64,000 nucleotides of DNA from an uncultured Gammaproteobacteria bacterium (lineage in GTDB: Bacteria; Patescibacteriota; Microgenomatia; UBA10105; UBA927). The number at the start of each line of letters is the position of its first letter. Positions within the stretch are counted from its first letter, which is position 1. The position numbers and the translations under genes are program-made. The stretch lies in contig CAYGFH010000001.1 of the NCBI GenBank assembly GCA_964349125.1, positions 325,408 to 389,407 of the forward strand, written 5' to 3'. Positions 18,185 to 29,009 of this stretch are shown one piece after another. Under the pieces are notes generated by a model. It ran no database searches. It was given only the letters and a program-made list of their open reading frames with translations, and was not told where the DNA came from.

Positions 18185-19181
18185 TACCTTTTTGTGGCTG
18201 CTCGGTTTCTTCAGAGCCATTTGCAAACAGATAAATACTGGCAACTTCTTGAATAACAAGCGCGACGGGGATTGCAAGAACTGCTCCAACAACACCCGCA
18301 AATCTCCCGCCGATCATAAGTACCAGGATGGTCACGATAGGAGGAAACCCAACACTTTTTTTCATAACAAACGGAACCAAAACATTGTTTTCAATCTGCT
18401 GAACGACGATATACATAGCAAGGACACTGAGTGCCAGAAGTGGAGACACCGATAACGCCACGAATATCGCAGGAATTGCAGACACTGTAGGTCCAATCAT
18501 AGGGATCAATTCCAAAACGCCCGCCAGTATTGCCAGCGGTAACGCATAATCAACATGCAGCAGTGTCAGCCCTATATAGCTCAGAAGACCAATTGCTGTC
18601 ATTAGGATAAGCTGCCCGCGTATCCATCCACCCAGACGGGATTCAATTTTGCGAAGCACTACCATAACCTGTGACGCAATCCCCTCTCCAACGATACTCT
18701 GAATCACGACATCCGCATGTTTTCTTTCAATTAAGAAATAGAAGGTAAACACCAGTACTGTGACGAGTGTGACAATATTTGAAAAAATGCTGAGCGTTAC
18801 TTTGACGACGCTCTCACCTATGGGGGCAATTTGCTGGCTTATGGTGGACACATCGATATTCCAATATGGAATCATTCGAGCGATGAAACTCGGCAAATCC
18901 TGAACCAACTTCGTAGATTGCGTAATAAGCGCCGGTATGGCACTGCCGAGTGATGCACCAAAAAAGCCAAATACTATAGTGTAAGTCAATACTATGCCAA
19001 ACGCCCTCGGAATCCTGAAGCGTTCCAGGAATAATACCAGTGGGTGTATTGCCGTCATAAGAAGAAATGCGATAAACAGGAGGAAGAGAATATCCTGTAT
19101 CATTACAATAACCCAACCCGCCAACAGGAGAAGTAGTGTGAGAAGTATAGTCTTTATCGAAATTTCCAGTTTAGCATTCAT
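18165..19181 (-). CDS. AI-2E family transporter (PerM/YhhT, UPF0118)
   Basis: 8-TM pattern characteristic of AI-2E/UPF0118 permeases. Confidence 0.7.
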   Translation of the reverse strand: MNAKLEISIKTILLTLLLLLAGWVIVMIQDILFLLFIAFLLMTAIHPLVLFLERFRIPRAFGIVLTYTIVFGFFGASLGSAIPALITQSTKLVQDLPSFIARMIPYWNIDVSTISQQIAPIGESVVKVTLSIFSNIVTLVTVLVFTFYFLIERKHADVVIQSIVGEGIASQVMVVLRKIESRLGGWIRGQLILMTAIGLLSYIGLTLLHVDYALPLAILAGVLELIPMIGPTVSAIPAIFVALSVSPLLALSVLAMYIVVQQIENNVLVPFVMKKSVGFPPIVTILVLMIGGRFAGVVGAVLAIPVALVIQEVASIYLFANGSEETEQPQKGTKNPSK

Positions 19182-20101
19182 CAGCTTTCCCTATTAGTAT
19201 ACCATGCTGATACGCGAGCTTCTACATTTCTCAAATAATCTGGCTGTGACGGATCAAACCAGTGTATGCGCGGATTCTGTTTAAACCATGTGAGTTGCCG
19301 TTTGGCATATTGGAATTCTTTTGTTTTCCATTCTTCTATGGCATTTGACAATTTTTTTGTTCCTTCTAGCACCCCTTTCATTTGTGCATACCCTAAACCG
19401 GACATTGAGGGCATATCCCACGTTACTCCCTGTGCCAGGAGTGATTGAATTTCATGTAAAAATCCCTCTTGTATCCGCTCATCCACCCGAAGGGAAATGA
19501 ATCTTTGAATTGTACTAAGATCACTTCGTAGACCTATGATGAGAATCTCCGAATTTCCAGTCACATCTGTATTTGTCAGTACGATACCAGTGTGTGCAAT
19601 TTCTATTTTTCGTATAAGCCGACGTGGATTATTTCTATCCGAATTATTCATTGTGCTGAGAATTTCCGGAGCAAGTGACATCAGTTTGTTCTGCAATTGC
19701 TCGACACTATAGCTTTGATATGCACTTCGTACTTGTGTATTTGGTGGAATATCGTATGTTGATGAAGACCGCAGAAGTGAATCAATATATAGCCCTGTTC
19801 CGCCGACAACTACAGGTAATTTTCCTTTTTTTTGAATAGTCTGTATCGCTTCAACAGCCAATTGTCTGTACCTGGATACACTAAATGATTCTGTCGGAGA
19901 AGCGACATCATACAGATGGATAGGGATACCCTGTAAGGACCCAATATCTTTACCTGTACCGATATCCATACCGATATAGACTTGCCTTGAGTCAGCTGAA
20001 ATAAGTTCCCCGCTATATTGCTTCGCCAATGAGACGGCAAGTGAGGTTTTCCCTGAAGCAGTAGGGCCACACACGATTAATAGTTTATCTGTACGTTCCA
20101 T
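19181..20101 (-). CDS. miaA: tRNA dimethylallyltransferase
   Basis: P-loop LIVCGPTASGKTSLA and the conserved ADSRQVY and DIGTGK motifs. Confidence 0.85.
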   Translation of the reverse strand: MERTDKLLIVCGPTASGKTSLAVSLAKQYSGELISADSRQVYIGMDIGTGKDIGSLQGIPIHLYDVASPTESFSVSRYRQLAVEAIQTIQKKGKLPVVVGGTGLYIDSLLRSSSTYDIPPNTQVRSAYQSYSVEQLQNKLMSLAPEILSTMNNSDRNNPRRLIRKIEIAHTGIVLTNTDVTGNSEILIIGLRSDLSTIQRFISLRVDERIQEGFLHEIQSLLAQGVTWDMPSMSGLGYAQMKGVLEGTKKLSNAIEEWKTKEFQYAKRQLTWFKQNPRIHWFDPSQPDYLRNVEARVSAWYTNRES

Positions 20102-21311
20102 TTCGCAAATTTGTTCTATTTATCATCTCTTCCAAAATAAGCCAACGACGTTTTTTTTCTATATGGGGCACATCATCTGCGTACACTTTGTGCGCTGCAG
20201 TCATGGGCCGATCCGAATACATGGAGATGTACGCTTTGGAAAAACCTACTTTTTTTGCCAAATCGACTGTTTGGGCAAATTGTTCTTCTGTCTCTCCGCA
20301 AAAACCGACGATAAGATCAGTCGAAATTGTTACATTTGGAATCGCATGTTTGAGTTTCCCGACAAGTTCCAGGTATTGTTCTCGGGAGTACCATCTATTC
20401 ATCCGCTTCAGCATGGCGGAATCTCCTGACTGTACAGGCAAATGGATGTGGCGGGAAATTTTGGGATTTGCAGCGATGGTGGCTATGAGATCATCTGAGA
20501 AATCCCAGGGATTACTGGAAATAAAATCAACTTCCTCAATGCCTTCTATTTCGCAAAGCTCTTTTAATAACTGCGGGAACAAGGTCGGGATTCTCATACG
20601 CCCTAAATGTTTGACAAAGGTGGGGTTGATTTTTTTACCGTTTCGCATAAACGCTTCATCTGTCATTTTTGGATCTTCGAAATACTTAGGGCCATCCACA
20701 TCACGCATAACCTGCACATTCTTTTCTCCGACGAGCAAATCTGCACCATATGAATTTACGTTTTGGCCAACTAATGTAACTTTTTTATACCCCTGTGCCG
20801 AGAGCTGATGACATTCAAGCAGTATGTCGTCAAACGGGCGGCTTATTTCCCGACCTCGTGTAAAAGGGACGACACAAAATGTACAGAAATTATTACAACC
20901 GTTGCTGATTGGCACCCATGCATGTACGCTATCTGTTCGAATCGGAGCATGATCAAAACCCACTTCCTCTATAGGTAAAAATTCGTCCACAATCGGCATT
21001 TTCTTATGAAGCAGCGCCAACATTTTTCCGGTTTTTTCCCGTGCTGCCATACCTACCATGCAGCCTGTCACTACTATTTTAAGATCTTTGCCATTTTTCT
21101 TGCGAAGCATTTTTTCTTTTTTCAGATTGTGCACCAAACCATACACCCTATGCTCTGCATTCTCACGAATCATGCACGTGTTAATGATAATGTCGTCCGC
21201 ACGTTTCATGGATCGTGACTTTGTATACCCGCGGGATTCGTAGAGAGAGGCAATGCGCTCACTGTCAGCTTCATTGGCTGCACAGCCGAAGGTTTTAATG
21301 TAATATTTCAT
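20085..21311 (-). CDS. miaB: tRNA-i6A37 methylthiotransferase (radical SAM MTTase)
   Basis: MTTase N-domain (IKTFGCAANEADSE), radical SAM CxxxCxxC (CNNFCTFC), and a C-terminal TRAM region. Overlaps the 3' end of miaA by 17 nt. Confidence 0.75.
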   Translation of the reverse strand: MKYYIKTFGCAANEADSERIASLYESRGYTKSRSMKRADDIIINTCMIRENAEHRVYGLVHNLKKEKMLRKKNGKDLKIVVTGCMVGMAAREKTGKMLALLHKKMPIVDEFLPIEEVGFDHAPIRTDSVHAWVPISNGCNNFCTFCVVPFTRGREISRPFDDILLECHQLSAQGYKKVTLVGQNVNSYGADLLVGEKNVQVMRDVDGPKYFEDPKMTDEAFMRNGKKINPTFVKHLGRMRIPTLFPQLLKELCEIEGIEEVDFISSNPWDFSDDLIATIAANPKISRHIHLPVQSGDSAMLKRMNRWYSREQYLELVGKLKHAIPNVTISTDLIVGFCGETEEQFAQTVDLAKKVGFSKAYISMYSDRPMTAAHKVYADDVPHIEKKRRWLILEEMINRTNLRNGTYR

Positions 21312-21348
21312 ACACGCATTATATCAAAGAAAGCGATAAATGAGGCGT

Positions 21349-22098
21349 CTAGGTTGCCAGAATAAACTTTTCGATAACGGTGGCAACTCCATCATCGTAG
21401 ACTGTCGGGGCGACAAAATCAGCAATCTCCTTTAACTCCGGCACAGCGTTTCCCATGGCAATTTTGAGACCGCACGCCATAAGAAGCGAAAAATCATTAT
21501 ACCCATCTCCCACGCCGATAATTTCTTCTGTCTTAATGCCGAGGACTCCGGCAACATGAACGATGCCATGCAGTTTTGACGCCGCACTACTTGAAATATC
21601 CAGACTCATATATTCCTTATTCCATGCCGTTAATTTTTGAACATGAATACGGGGGTCTATAGAAAATATTTTCACATACTCATCGATTTTCCTGGCCGGC
21701 ACTTCCGGTATATATATTGTCAATATTTTTTCGTGAGACTGAGTTCCATCATAGATACTGTCCTTTACCCCATCGTACACAATTACCTGAAACTGATATT
21801 TTTTGCATAAATTTACGATTGGAGAAATTACATCCTGCGGCAGTATCACTTCATGAATAATTTTTTTTTGGACAGGATCATATACCTGTGTCCCATTGGT
21901 GCAGACACATGGACCGGTAAGGGCCAGATGATTAATAATCGCCATGGAATCCTTAAGCGTTCGGGCTGTAGCGATGGAGACATGCAGTCGCTCTTTGGCT
22001 TTTCCGATTGCGGCAGTCACCCTGGCGGAAGGCAAGTTTTCACGGCCGTGAACCACGGTTGTATCATCCAAATCCATGATGAGGGCTTTATATTTCAT
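21349..22098 (-). CDS. HAD-IIB (Cof-type) phosphatase
   Basis: Motif I MDLDDTTV and a C-terminal GDGYNDFSLL motif. Confidence 0.65.
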   Translation of the reverse strand: MKYKALIMDLDDTTVVHGRENLPSARVTAAIGKAKERLHVSIATARTLKDSMAIINHLALTGPCVCTNGTQVYDPVQKKIIHEVILPQDVISPIVNLCKKYQFQVIVYDGVKDSIYDGTQSHEKILTIYIPEVPARKIDEYVKIFSIDPRIHVQKLTAWNKEYMSLDISSSAASKLHGIVHVAGVLGIKTEEIIGVGDGYNDFSLLMACGLKIAMGNAVPELKEIADFVAPTVYDDGVATVIEKFILAT

Positions 22099-22112
22099 AC
22101 CAACGGTGAGGA

Positions 22113-22952
22113 TTATTCTACTGACCCAACTATCACACGAATATCGTACGCGACGCTCTCTTCCAGATCGGCCGCTGATGTTCCCATGGAATATTCACCA
22201 CTCAAATCGCCTTCAATAAGTGAAAGATATTCTTTCTTTGTTGCTTTGGTGTGTACTTCTGTTTTGTCATAGGTATACTCTTCGGTATTTCCGGTGTCTT
22301 TTACCGTATATCCCTTTTCCTCCAGCAGCTTCTTCATACGGGTAGCTGCACCTGCTTTTCCACCACCGTTTAATACCTGAATTGAAACTGCGTCCTTCTT
22401 CACTTCAGCGGGTGTTGGTGTAGGAGTAGATGCAGCAACTGTTGGAGTGGATGTTGGTACAGCCACTATGCTCGGCATCGAAAGTTTTTTTCCGGAAAAC
22501 ATAACCATAGAGACACCTATCACCACACATGCGCTCACAATACCGATTGCCCAGTATACGATTGGGTTTTTCTTTTGTGAGTGGTGCGCGGATATTTCCG
22601 GCATTACTCCAGTTTCGGAGGCTTGTGTCTTTTTCTGAAACAGCTCATCGACCAGTACTTTACGTTTTTCATCAGAATCGTCAGAATCTAGCCGCACGTC
22701 CTCCTGATCACTGTCTTTTGCCGTATGTTCAACTGACGGCTCACTGTGTGTTTTGACAGAATGCTCCAACAGATCGTTTGCTTGTGTCTCAAGTGAGGTA
22801 CTGTCTTCCAGAGAAGTGGAATCTTCCACTACCTCCACAACCTGAGTCACAGGACTACTTTTTCGCTCTTCTTTTTCCATAGACTCTTCCAGAGTGCTCG
22901 GAGCTTCTTCAACAACTGTCGCGGAAGGCTTCGATTTCTTTTTAACTATCAT
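22113..22952 (-). CDS. Membrane-anchored LytR_C (LytR/CpsA/Psr C-terminal) domain protein with acidic disordered N-terminus
   Basis: Acidic low-complexity N-terminal region, single TM, Thr/Pro linker, and a C-terminal VLNGGGKAGAATRMKKLLEEKGYTV block typical of LytR_C. Confidence 0.5.
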   Translation of the reverse strand: MIVKKKSKPSATVVEEAPSTLEESMEKEERKSSPVTQVVEVVEDSTSLEDSTSLETQANDLLEHSVKTHSEPSVEHTAKDSDQEDVRLDSDDSDEKRKVLVDELFQKKTQASETGVMPEISAHHSQKKNPIVYWAIGIVSACVVIGVSMVMFSGKKLSMPSIVAVPTSTPTVAASTPTPTPAEVKKDAVSIQVLNGGGKAGAATRMKKLLEEKGYTVKDTGNTEEYTYDKTEVHTKATKKEYLSLIEGDLSGEYSMGTSAADLEESVAYDIRVIVGSVE

Positions 22953-23082
22953 ATAGGTTTAGTGTACACAACTTTATTCTGTTTGTCACCCAGTTACATC
23001 CATACTGAACACTATTTATCATATCTTACGTATTACGGGTGCTTCAAACTAGAACATACTGATACAAAATTCGTTTGATATA

Positions 23083-23111
23083 TTGACAGAGTAATCCAAA
23101 TTATCTACATT
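23083..23111 (+). promoter_or_regulatory. Candidate sigma70-type promoter for hup
   Basis: TTGACA, 17-nt spacer, then TACATT. Lies about 140 nt upstream of the hup ATG. Confidence 0.35.
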
Positions 23112-23252
23112 GGCTCGTAGATCCCGTCAGGACGGGATGTTAAAAAAAATATCTTGTTCTATCCCTCTGCCTAAGGATATAGTTCCCGAAGTAGATCCTC
23201 AATACGCTTCGAGAAAGAAAATATTTTGAGGAAGATGGGAGGTGAATTACAC

Positions 23253-23525
23253 ATGACAAAAGCAGATCTCGTTGAAGTAGTTGCAAAGAAAGCAAATCTT
23301 ACAGCAAAAGCAGCACGCGAATCAGTCGCAGCAGTTTTTGGATCTATCACTGACGCTCTTAAAAAAGGTGATAAAGTAGTGGTCACAGGATTCGGAACCT
23401 TCATGGTTCGTTCCCGAAAATCACGAACTGGTCGAAACCCACAAACTGGGAGTCCGATCAATATTCCAGCAAGAAAAACTCCAGGATTTACAGCTGGCAA
23501 AGCTTTGAAAAAAGTAGTCCGGTAA
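23253..23525 (+). CDS. hup: DNA-binding protein HU
   Basis: Full-length HU/IHF fold (GFGTF...R.GRNP.TG). Start at ATG 23253 is preceded by the RBS GGGAGGTG. Confidence 0.85.
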   Translation: MTKADLVEVVAKKANLTAKAARESVAAVFGSITDALKKGDKVVVTGFGTFMVRSRKSRTGRNPQTGSPINIPARKTPGFTAGKALKKVVR

Positions 23526-23546
23526 ATCTTTTGGACAACTATGAAA

Positions 23547-23581
23547 AGGGGCCCACGACATTGTGTCGGGGTCCTTTTTTT
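23547..23581 (+). terminator. Candidate rho-independent terminator after hup
   Basis: GC-rich imperfect hairpin (GGGGCCCACGACA-TTG-TGTCGGGGTCC) followed by T7. Confidence 0.45.
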
Positions 23582-23754
23582 AGTTCCAGTTATATCGTTT
23601 TCATAAAAAAGATTTACTGGGACGTATGCAGTAACGAGGCATAGTTACTGCGTATCAAAAGGTACTAAGTATCCTGAAGATAACGGGACAGGGGTTCACC
23701 GAGTGTATACCGGAAACAGCGCACTGTTTCCGGAGTATACCCATGGTTTTTTGA

Positions 23755-25296
23755 TTAGTGGGCGATCTCTGTCGCACGAAGCTCGCGGACCACAGAGATT
23801 TTTATTTGCCCCGGGTAGGTAAGTTTTTCCTCTACCTCTTTTTTGATCTCTGATGCCATGATAGTTGCTGTCGCATCATCGACTTTACCCGGATCCACAG
23901 CGACACGCAGTTCGCGACCAGCTTGGAATGCAAATGCTTCCATGACACCTTTGTGTGCTTTTGCAATATCTTCCAAATCTTTCAGTCGCTTAATATAGTC
24001 TTCGTGATTTTCATATCGTGCGCCAGGGCGGCTTCCTGATATGGCATCGGATATATACACCAGCATGGATTCTGCTGAGGTAAACGGCGTGTCTTCGTGA
24101 TGCTGTGCCACACAGTCGGTCACTTTTTGCGGCATGCCGTACTTTTTCAACAATTCCACACCCAGTTCCACATGACTGCCCTCTTTATCCATGATGACTT
24201 TGCCTATGTCATGTAAGAGACACCCGAGCCGAACCGTGTTCACATCCGCTTTCACTTCCTGAGCCAAGGCAATACCAATCTTGGTTTCTTCGAGTGTATG
24301 CGCGATCATATTTTGCCCATACGAGAATCTGTATTTAAATTTACCCAAATGAGCAACCAATGGGGCCGGCAGATTGTAGACACCCACTGCGTGACACAAT
24401 TTCTGTCCTTCTTCGAACATAATTCGATCGAGCTCTTTCTTCACCTGCTCTACTAACTCTTCTATCCGTCCGGGCTGTACCCGTCCATCTCGGAGAAGTC
24501 TCTCGAGGGATATTCGCGCAATCTCACGTCTCACAGGATCGAAACAGGACAATCGGATAACACCCTCTTCATCAAGGTCCACATCCACACCGGTTGTCTG
24601 TTCGAACGTTCTGATATTTCTGCCTTCTTTACCGATGATGCGACCTTTCATTTCTTCGTCGGCTATTTTCACAACGGACACTGTATATTCAGATACGTAA
24701 TCTGTGGCGCCGTGACGCATAGCATCTATAAGAATTTCTTTTGCTTTGGCATCTGCTTCTTCTGCGGCTTTGTCATGTGCTTCCCGTATCTCATGCGCAA
24801 TTTCTTCTCGCATCTGAGCACGCACAGCTTCAAGTATGAATGATTTTGCTTCCTCACGTGTCAGGTGTGATGCCCGTTCCAGCTTCTCAACCTGCTCCTG
24901 TTTAATTTTTTCAATCTCCTGTAATCTCGTCTCAAATTGAGCCTCAATCGTCTTTAACCGCTTATCACGCTCATCAAGCGCGCCTTCTTTACGATCAATC
25001 GCTTCCAGTTTCCGCCTGGATTCATCTTCGATTTCCCGCCGTATACGAAATGCCTCATCTTTCGCTTCCACCACCATCTCACGTGCTTTTGCTTCCGCTA
25101 ATTTGATAATGGCGTCTGTATCCACAGATGATACTGCAGGTAAGGGAGCCTGCTTTGGTTGTTTTTCTTTTTCCGGTACCGCAGGGGCCACTACTGATGG
25201 CGTTGGAGCTGTTTTTTGTGTAACTTTCGGTTGGACTGGCGCCTTTGTCTTTTTTGTGCGAACCAGCTCAGATAGAGTTTTTAATACATCGAACAT
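23755..25296 (-). CDS. rny: Ribonuclease Y
   Basis: N-terminal TM, coiled-coil region, KH domain (GRIIGKEGRNIRTFEQTTGVDV), and HD domain (LLHDIGK). Start set at MFDVLKT (25296), preceded by GAGGAAAGG. Confidence 0.85.
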   Translation of the reverse strand: MFDVLKTLSELVRTKKTKAPVQPKVTQKTAPTPSVVAPAVPEKEKQPKQAPLPAVSSVDTDAIIKLAEAKAREMVVEAKDEAFRIRREIEDESRRKLEAIDRKEGALDERDKRLKTIEAQFETRLQEIEKIKQEQVEKLERASHLTREEAKSFILEAVRAQMREEIAHEIREAHDKAAEEADAKAKEILIDAMRHGATDYVSEYTVSVVKIADEEMKGRIIGKEGRNIRTFEQTTGVDVDLDEEGVIRLSCFDPVRREIARISLERLLRDGRVQPGRIEELVEQVKKELDRIMFEEGQKLCHAVGVYNLPAPLVAHLGKFKYRFSYGQNMIAHTLEETKIGIALAQEVKADVNTVRLGCLLHDIGKVIMDKEGSHVELGVELLKKYGMPQKVTDCVAQHHEDTPFTSAESMLVYISDAISGSRPGARYENHEDYIKRLKDLEDIAKAHKGVMEAFAFQAGRELRVAVDPGKVDDATATIMASEIKKEVEEKLTYPGQIKISVVRELRATEIAH

Positions 25297-25531
25297 ATAT
25301 GCCTTTCCTCGCAACTAAATCCATGCTAATGGATTCGTATGCGTATTTATTAATTTAGTAAACTTCCGGAAGAAAACTATAAATGAAGCAACAAAACGGC
25401 CCCGGATTACAGAATCGGGGTGGTAGGTTTAGAATGAAATAAATATCGAATCATATTATCCTACAATAATCGTTTGTGTTGTCTCAAAAAAGAGTTTTCA
25501 AAACTAAATAGAACACCTATTCAGCCTTCTA

Positions 25532-26038
25532 TCAATTGTATGCTTTTTTTGTCAATTCGTCAATAATTTTTCCTATACTTTCACTTCCAAATCCGCGGCT
25601 GGCCAAAAAACTATATATCTTATTTTTTTGTTCAATAATTGGCAAACGAGCCAGAACAACAAGCTTTTTCTGTATGGCTTTTCTGGCGAGGTCCAATTCA
25701 CTTATCCCATCGTCCTGATTTTGAAACGCTGTAAACGCCCGGGCACATACATCGGGAGACACACCTTTTGCAGAGAGTTCAAACTGTAGAGCCCTCAAGC
25801 CTTTAGGTTTATGGGCGCTTCGTTGAGTGACCCACCAGGAAGCAAACGCAAAATCATCCAGGTACCCCAGTTCGATGAGCCGGGAAATGATTTTTTCAGC
25901 AACTGATGCGTCTTCGACTTTCAACCGCTTGAGCATTTTCGCGATGTACGCTTCGACCTCTTTTTGACTCCGAGGACGGTAAGACACATAGTTAAGCGAA
26001 GCATTCATCAGCTTTTCGTAGAGTGTCTCGCTATCCAT
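25532..26038 (-). CDS. recX: Regulatory protein RecX
   Basis: Immediately downstream of recA. Three-repeat helical pattern with an LGYLDD motif. Confidence 0.7.
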   Translation of the reverse strand: MDSETLYEKLMNASLNYVSYRPRSQKEVEAYIAKMLKRLKVEDASVAEKIISRLIELGYLDDFAFASWWVTQRSAHKPKGLRALQFELSAKGVSPDVCARAFTAFQNQDDGISELDLARKAIQKKLVVLARLPIIEQKNKIYSFLASRGFGSESIGKIIDELTKKAYN

Positions 26039-26050
26039 ACGCCGATGTGT

Positions 26051-27088
26051 TTACTCTTTTTCTTCTGTCCCTACAACAACTTTTGTTTGCCCCGTGCCGG
26101 ATCTCACTACCTTCCAAATACCTTCTGCAATTTCTTTGGCTATCTTATGATTTTCCTTTAGGTAGGATTTTGCAGCTTCTTTTCCTTGTCCGAGCATTTG
26201 TGTGCCGTATTTGATAAAGGCTCCTGATTTCGTCATAATGCCAAACTCTATACCGACATCTATAAGACTCCCCTCCCGTGAAATTCCATCGTGCATGACA
26301 TCATATTCAGCGACACGGAACGGTGGAGAGACTTTGTTTTTCACTACGCGAACACGGTGTCTGGACCCGATGACTTTATCGCCATCTTTGAGACTCTCAA
26401 TTTTTCGGGAATCCATACGGATAGATGCATAAAACTTCATGGCCATACCTCCCGGCGTTGTTTCCGGGTTGCCAAACATCACGCCGATTTTTTGACGTAA
26501 TTGATTGGTAAAAATAACTACTGTTTTTGACCGCGAGATAACTGATGTGAGTTTGCGTAGAGCCTGTGACATAAGCCTGGCCTGCATACCCATACTGCTG
26601 TCTCCCATTTCCCCTTCTATTTCAGCTCGTGGAACAAGCGCTGCAACTGAATCAACTACAATCACGTCTATACCGCCACTTCTGATCAATGCTTCTGCTA
26701 TTTCCAGTCCCTGTTCTCCTGTGTCTGGCTGGGAGATAAGCAGATCATCCAGTTTTACCCCTAATTTCTCCGCCCACTGTGGATCGAGCGCGTGTTCGGC
26801 ATCGATAAATGCTGCAACCCCACCTGCTTTTTGTGCTTCCGCTATGGTAGACAAACAGACTGTGGTTTTTCCTGATGCTTCAGGTCCATAAATTTCAATA
26901 ATTCTACCGCGTGGAAGACCACCGACACCTAAGGCTAAATCAAGGGCTAAAATACCGGTGGGGATAGCCTCTACCGTCATTTTGTTCGCCTGTTTTTCTC
27001 CGAGTTTCATAATGGAACCTTTTCCATATTGTTTCTCGATCTGGTCCATGGCAAGTTGAATAGCTTGAAGTTTTGCATCTACAGTCAT
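26051..27088 (-). CDS. recA: Recombinase RecA
   Basis: Walker [10 protein letters not shown], RecA signature [11 protein letters not shown], and the L1/L2 loops. Confidence 0.95.
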   Translation of the reverse strand: MTVDAKLQAIQLAMDQIEKQYGKGSIMKLGEKQANKMTVEAIPTGILALDLALGVGGLPRGRIIEIYGPEASGKTTVCLSTIAEAQKAGGVAAFIDAEHALDPQWAEKLGVKLDDLLISQPDTGEQGLEIAEALIRSGGIDVIVVDSVAALVPRAEIEGEMGDSSMGMQARLMSQALRKLTSVISRSKTVVIFTNQLRQKIGVMFGNPETTPGGMAMKFYASIRMDSRKIESLKDGDKVIGSRHRVRVVKNKVSPPFRVAEYDVMHDGISREGSLIDVGIEFGIMTKSGAFIKYGTQMLGQGKEAAKSYLKENHKIAKEIAEGIWKVVRSGTGQTKVVVGTEEKE

Positions 27089-27178
27089 AGTGATCTCCTT
27101 TGTTTAAACCCGGGCAGGTTCTTGATATGAAGTACACCCATTCTCACATAAAAAATGATAGAATACAACATATCACCA

Positions 27179-27254
27179 CGGGACGTAGTTCAATTGGTAG
27201 AATGCACGCATGGGGTGCGTGTGGTTGAGAGTTCAAGTCTCTCCGTCCCGACCA
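27179..27254 (+). tRNA. tRNA-Pro (anticodon GGG)
   Basis: Manual cloverleaf fold. Acceptor CGGGACG/CGTCCCG, U8, D-stem GUUC/GAAU, anticodon stem CACGC/GCGUG, loop AUGGGGU (U33, G37), T-arm GAGAG-UUCAAGU-CUCUC, discriminator A, and an encoded CCA. Confidence 0.85.
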
Positions 27255-27264
27255 AAGATACATT

Positions 27265-28965
27265 GTGCCCACACTTACCGATATGGGGTATTCATCTCAC
27301 AAAAAAGCAATAACTTCTCCTCTGTCTCATAACACAACCCTGCCAGTATGGTTTATACCGGTACTTATCTGTATCGCAATCATCGGGTTTGCAATACGCA
27401 TAATCGGTATTGACCGCGTTCCGACTGGAATTTCCTCTGACACACTCCTGTATTTTGCCAACGGGCGTGCTATCGCAGAAACCGGAAAAGATATCTACGG
27501 ACACCTGCACCCTCTCTATTTTCTTCACAAAGATATTGTTGCTATGCCTCTTACCATATACGTTCTGGCATTTTTTTATACACTGTTCGGGTCAGCTCAC
27601 AGTATCGGGTATCTGCCCAATATAGTGATATCAGCGATATCTATTCTCGCGGTTGGTATATTCACATCCCGTATAGCGAAGAATCCATTGGCGGGAATAT
27701 TTGCGGCTATAGCGCTCACATTTTCCCCCTGGCACTATCATCTGTCCCGTACCGGGTTTGAAGGCGTCTTTGGATTTACGCTCGTATTTATGGGAATATA
27801 TCTATCGCTGCTTGGGCTTGAGAATAAACGGTACCTATTTTGGTCACTGGTACTGCTACTGTTATCTACTTTCAGCTACAAAGCGGTAAATATATTTCTT
27901 AGTTTGTATCCGTTTGTTCTGCTCTGTTACACAGGTGTTGCATACGCAAAAACCAAACGCTTTGTACTTTATGCTATTGGAATCTGGAGTATAATTATTC
28001 TCCAATGGTTTTTGCTGTTTTTCCTGTACAAGGATTCGTACGCAAACGGCATCCTGTCCCACACTATAGATATCGCAAAACAAACGGTAAAATCGGACAT
28101 GGATCTGTCTGACGCTCCACGAAAATTAAAACTCGTATATTCAAATATACCCCTCGCATTTGCCGTAACAGCCTCACAAAACTATACTCATTTTTTTTCC
28201 CCACAGTATCTGTTTACAACGGGTGATACCGATAATAGATTCTCCACGACGGGACACGGACAGCTGTATATATTTGATGGACTTTTCATACTGCTTGGGA
28301 TTCTCTGGCTTATGAAGCAAAAACGTTTTGCGCCCCTCCGTTTTCTGTCCGCGATCATTGTTGTGGCACCTCTAAGCGCCATGATAGCCGACCAGCAGTA
28401 TGCCATTCGGACGTTTGTGAGTGTGTATATATTTGCCACTTTTATTGGAATTGGGTGTGCATATGCAGTAGAGACGCTCGCCAGGTTTAGATACTACCGT
28501 GTCATACTTGCAGGGACCATCGCTGTGTACCTATTTTTCGTTTCTGTGTATCTCTATCGCTATCATTTCCTCTATGTCCACTATGGTCGGTGGTCATGGA
28601 ACAGCAATAATAAAGAGGTATTTATGACTGCGTACGAAGAATCGAGAAAAAAATCTCAAATAACATTTGGTCATACATCAGAATTCGATTACCTGGATTT
28701 TATGTACTGGAATCATTTGCCTATTACCGCTGTTCAACGGGCATTGTCGTCATACGATGATAAAAGTCTCCAGTACGAAAATATCCGTTTTATACGGGCG
28801 TGTACTGGTGAGGGTGATACAGCCTCACAGGAGTTGATAGGAGAAAACGAGTTGCTTTTTGTGCGGGATGAATGTTTGGGAGACACTGAACCCAAGGCAA
28901 GGTATTATTTACCGAAACTTCAACGGTACACGTGGAAACTATACGATAGAAACAGCATCAAATAA
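27265..28965 (+). CDS. Polytopic membrane glycosyltransferase, GT-C fold (PMT/ArnT family-like)
   Basis: At least 11 TM helices and an N-terminal loop (RVPTGISSDTLLYFANGRAIAETGKD) like GT39/GT83 enzymes. An alternative start is at 27283. Confidence 0.5.
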   Translation: MPTLTDMGYSSHKKAITSPLSHNTTLPVWFIPVLICIAIIGFAIRIIGIDRVPTGISSDTLLYFANGRAIAETGKDIYGHLHPLYFLHKDIVAMPLTIYVLAFFYTLFGSAHSIGYLPNIVISAISILAVGIFTSRIAKNPLAGIFAAIALTFSPWHYHLSRTGFEGVFGFTLVFMGIYLSLLGLENKRYLFWSLVLLLLSTFSYKAVNIFLSLYPFVLLCYTGVAYAKTKRFVLYAIGIWSIIILQWFLLFFLYKDSYANGILSHTIDIAKQTVKSDMDLSDAPRKLKLVYSNIPLAFAVTASQNYTHFFSPQYLFTTGDTDNRFSTTGHGQLYIFDGLFILLGILWLMKQKRFAPLRFLSAIIVVAPLSAMIADQQYAIRTFVSVYIFATFIGIGCAYAVETLARFRYYRVILAGTIAVYLFFVSVYLYRYHFLYVHYGRWSWNSNNKEVFMTAYEESRKKSQITFGHTSEFDYLDFMYWNHLPITAVQRALSSYDDKSLQYENIRFIRACTGEGDTASQELIGENELLFVRDECLGDTEPKARYYLPKLQRYTWKLYDRNSIK

Positions 28966-29009
28966 CGCTCCATTCACATCTGGTCTGTCTGAGATGGTAT
29001 ACTCTCTCT

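Noticed and set aside
23115-23145. Hairpin CCCGTC-AGG-ACGGG in the hup 5' region as a terminator
   Set aside because: - It is followed by an A-tract on the plus strand and preceded by the A-tract complement on minus. The upstream minus-strand gene ends 160 nt away.
- More likely it is part of the hup 5'UTR.
- It cannot be assigned as a terminator.
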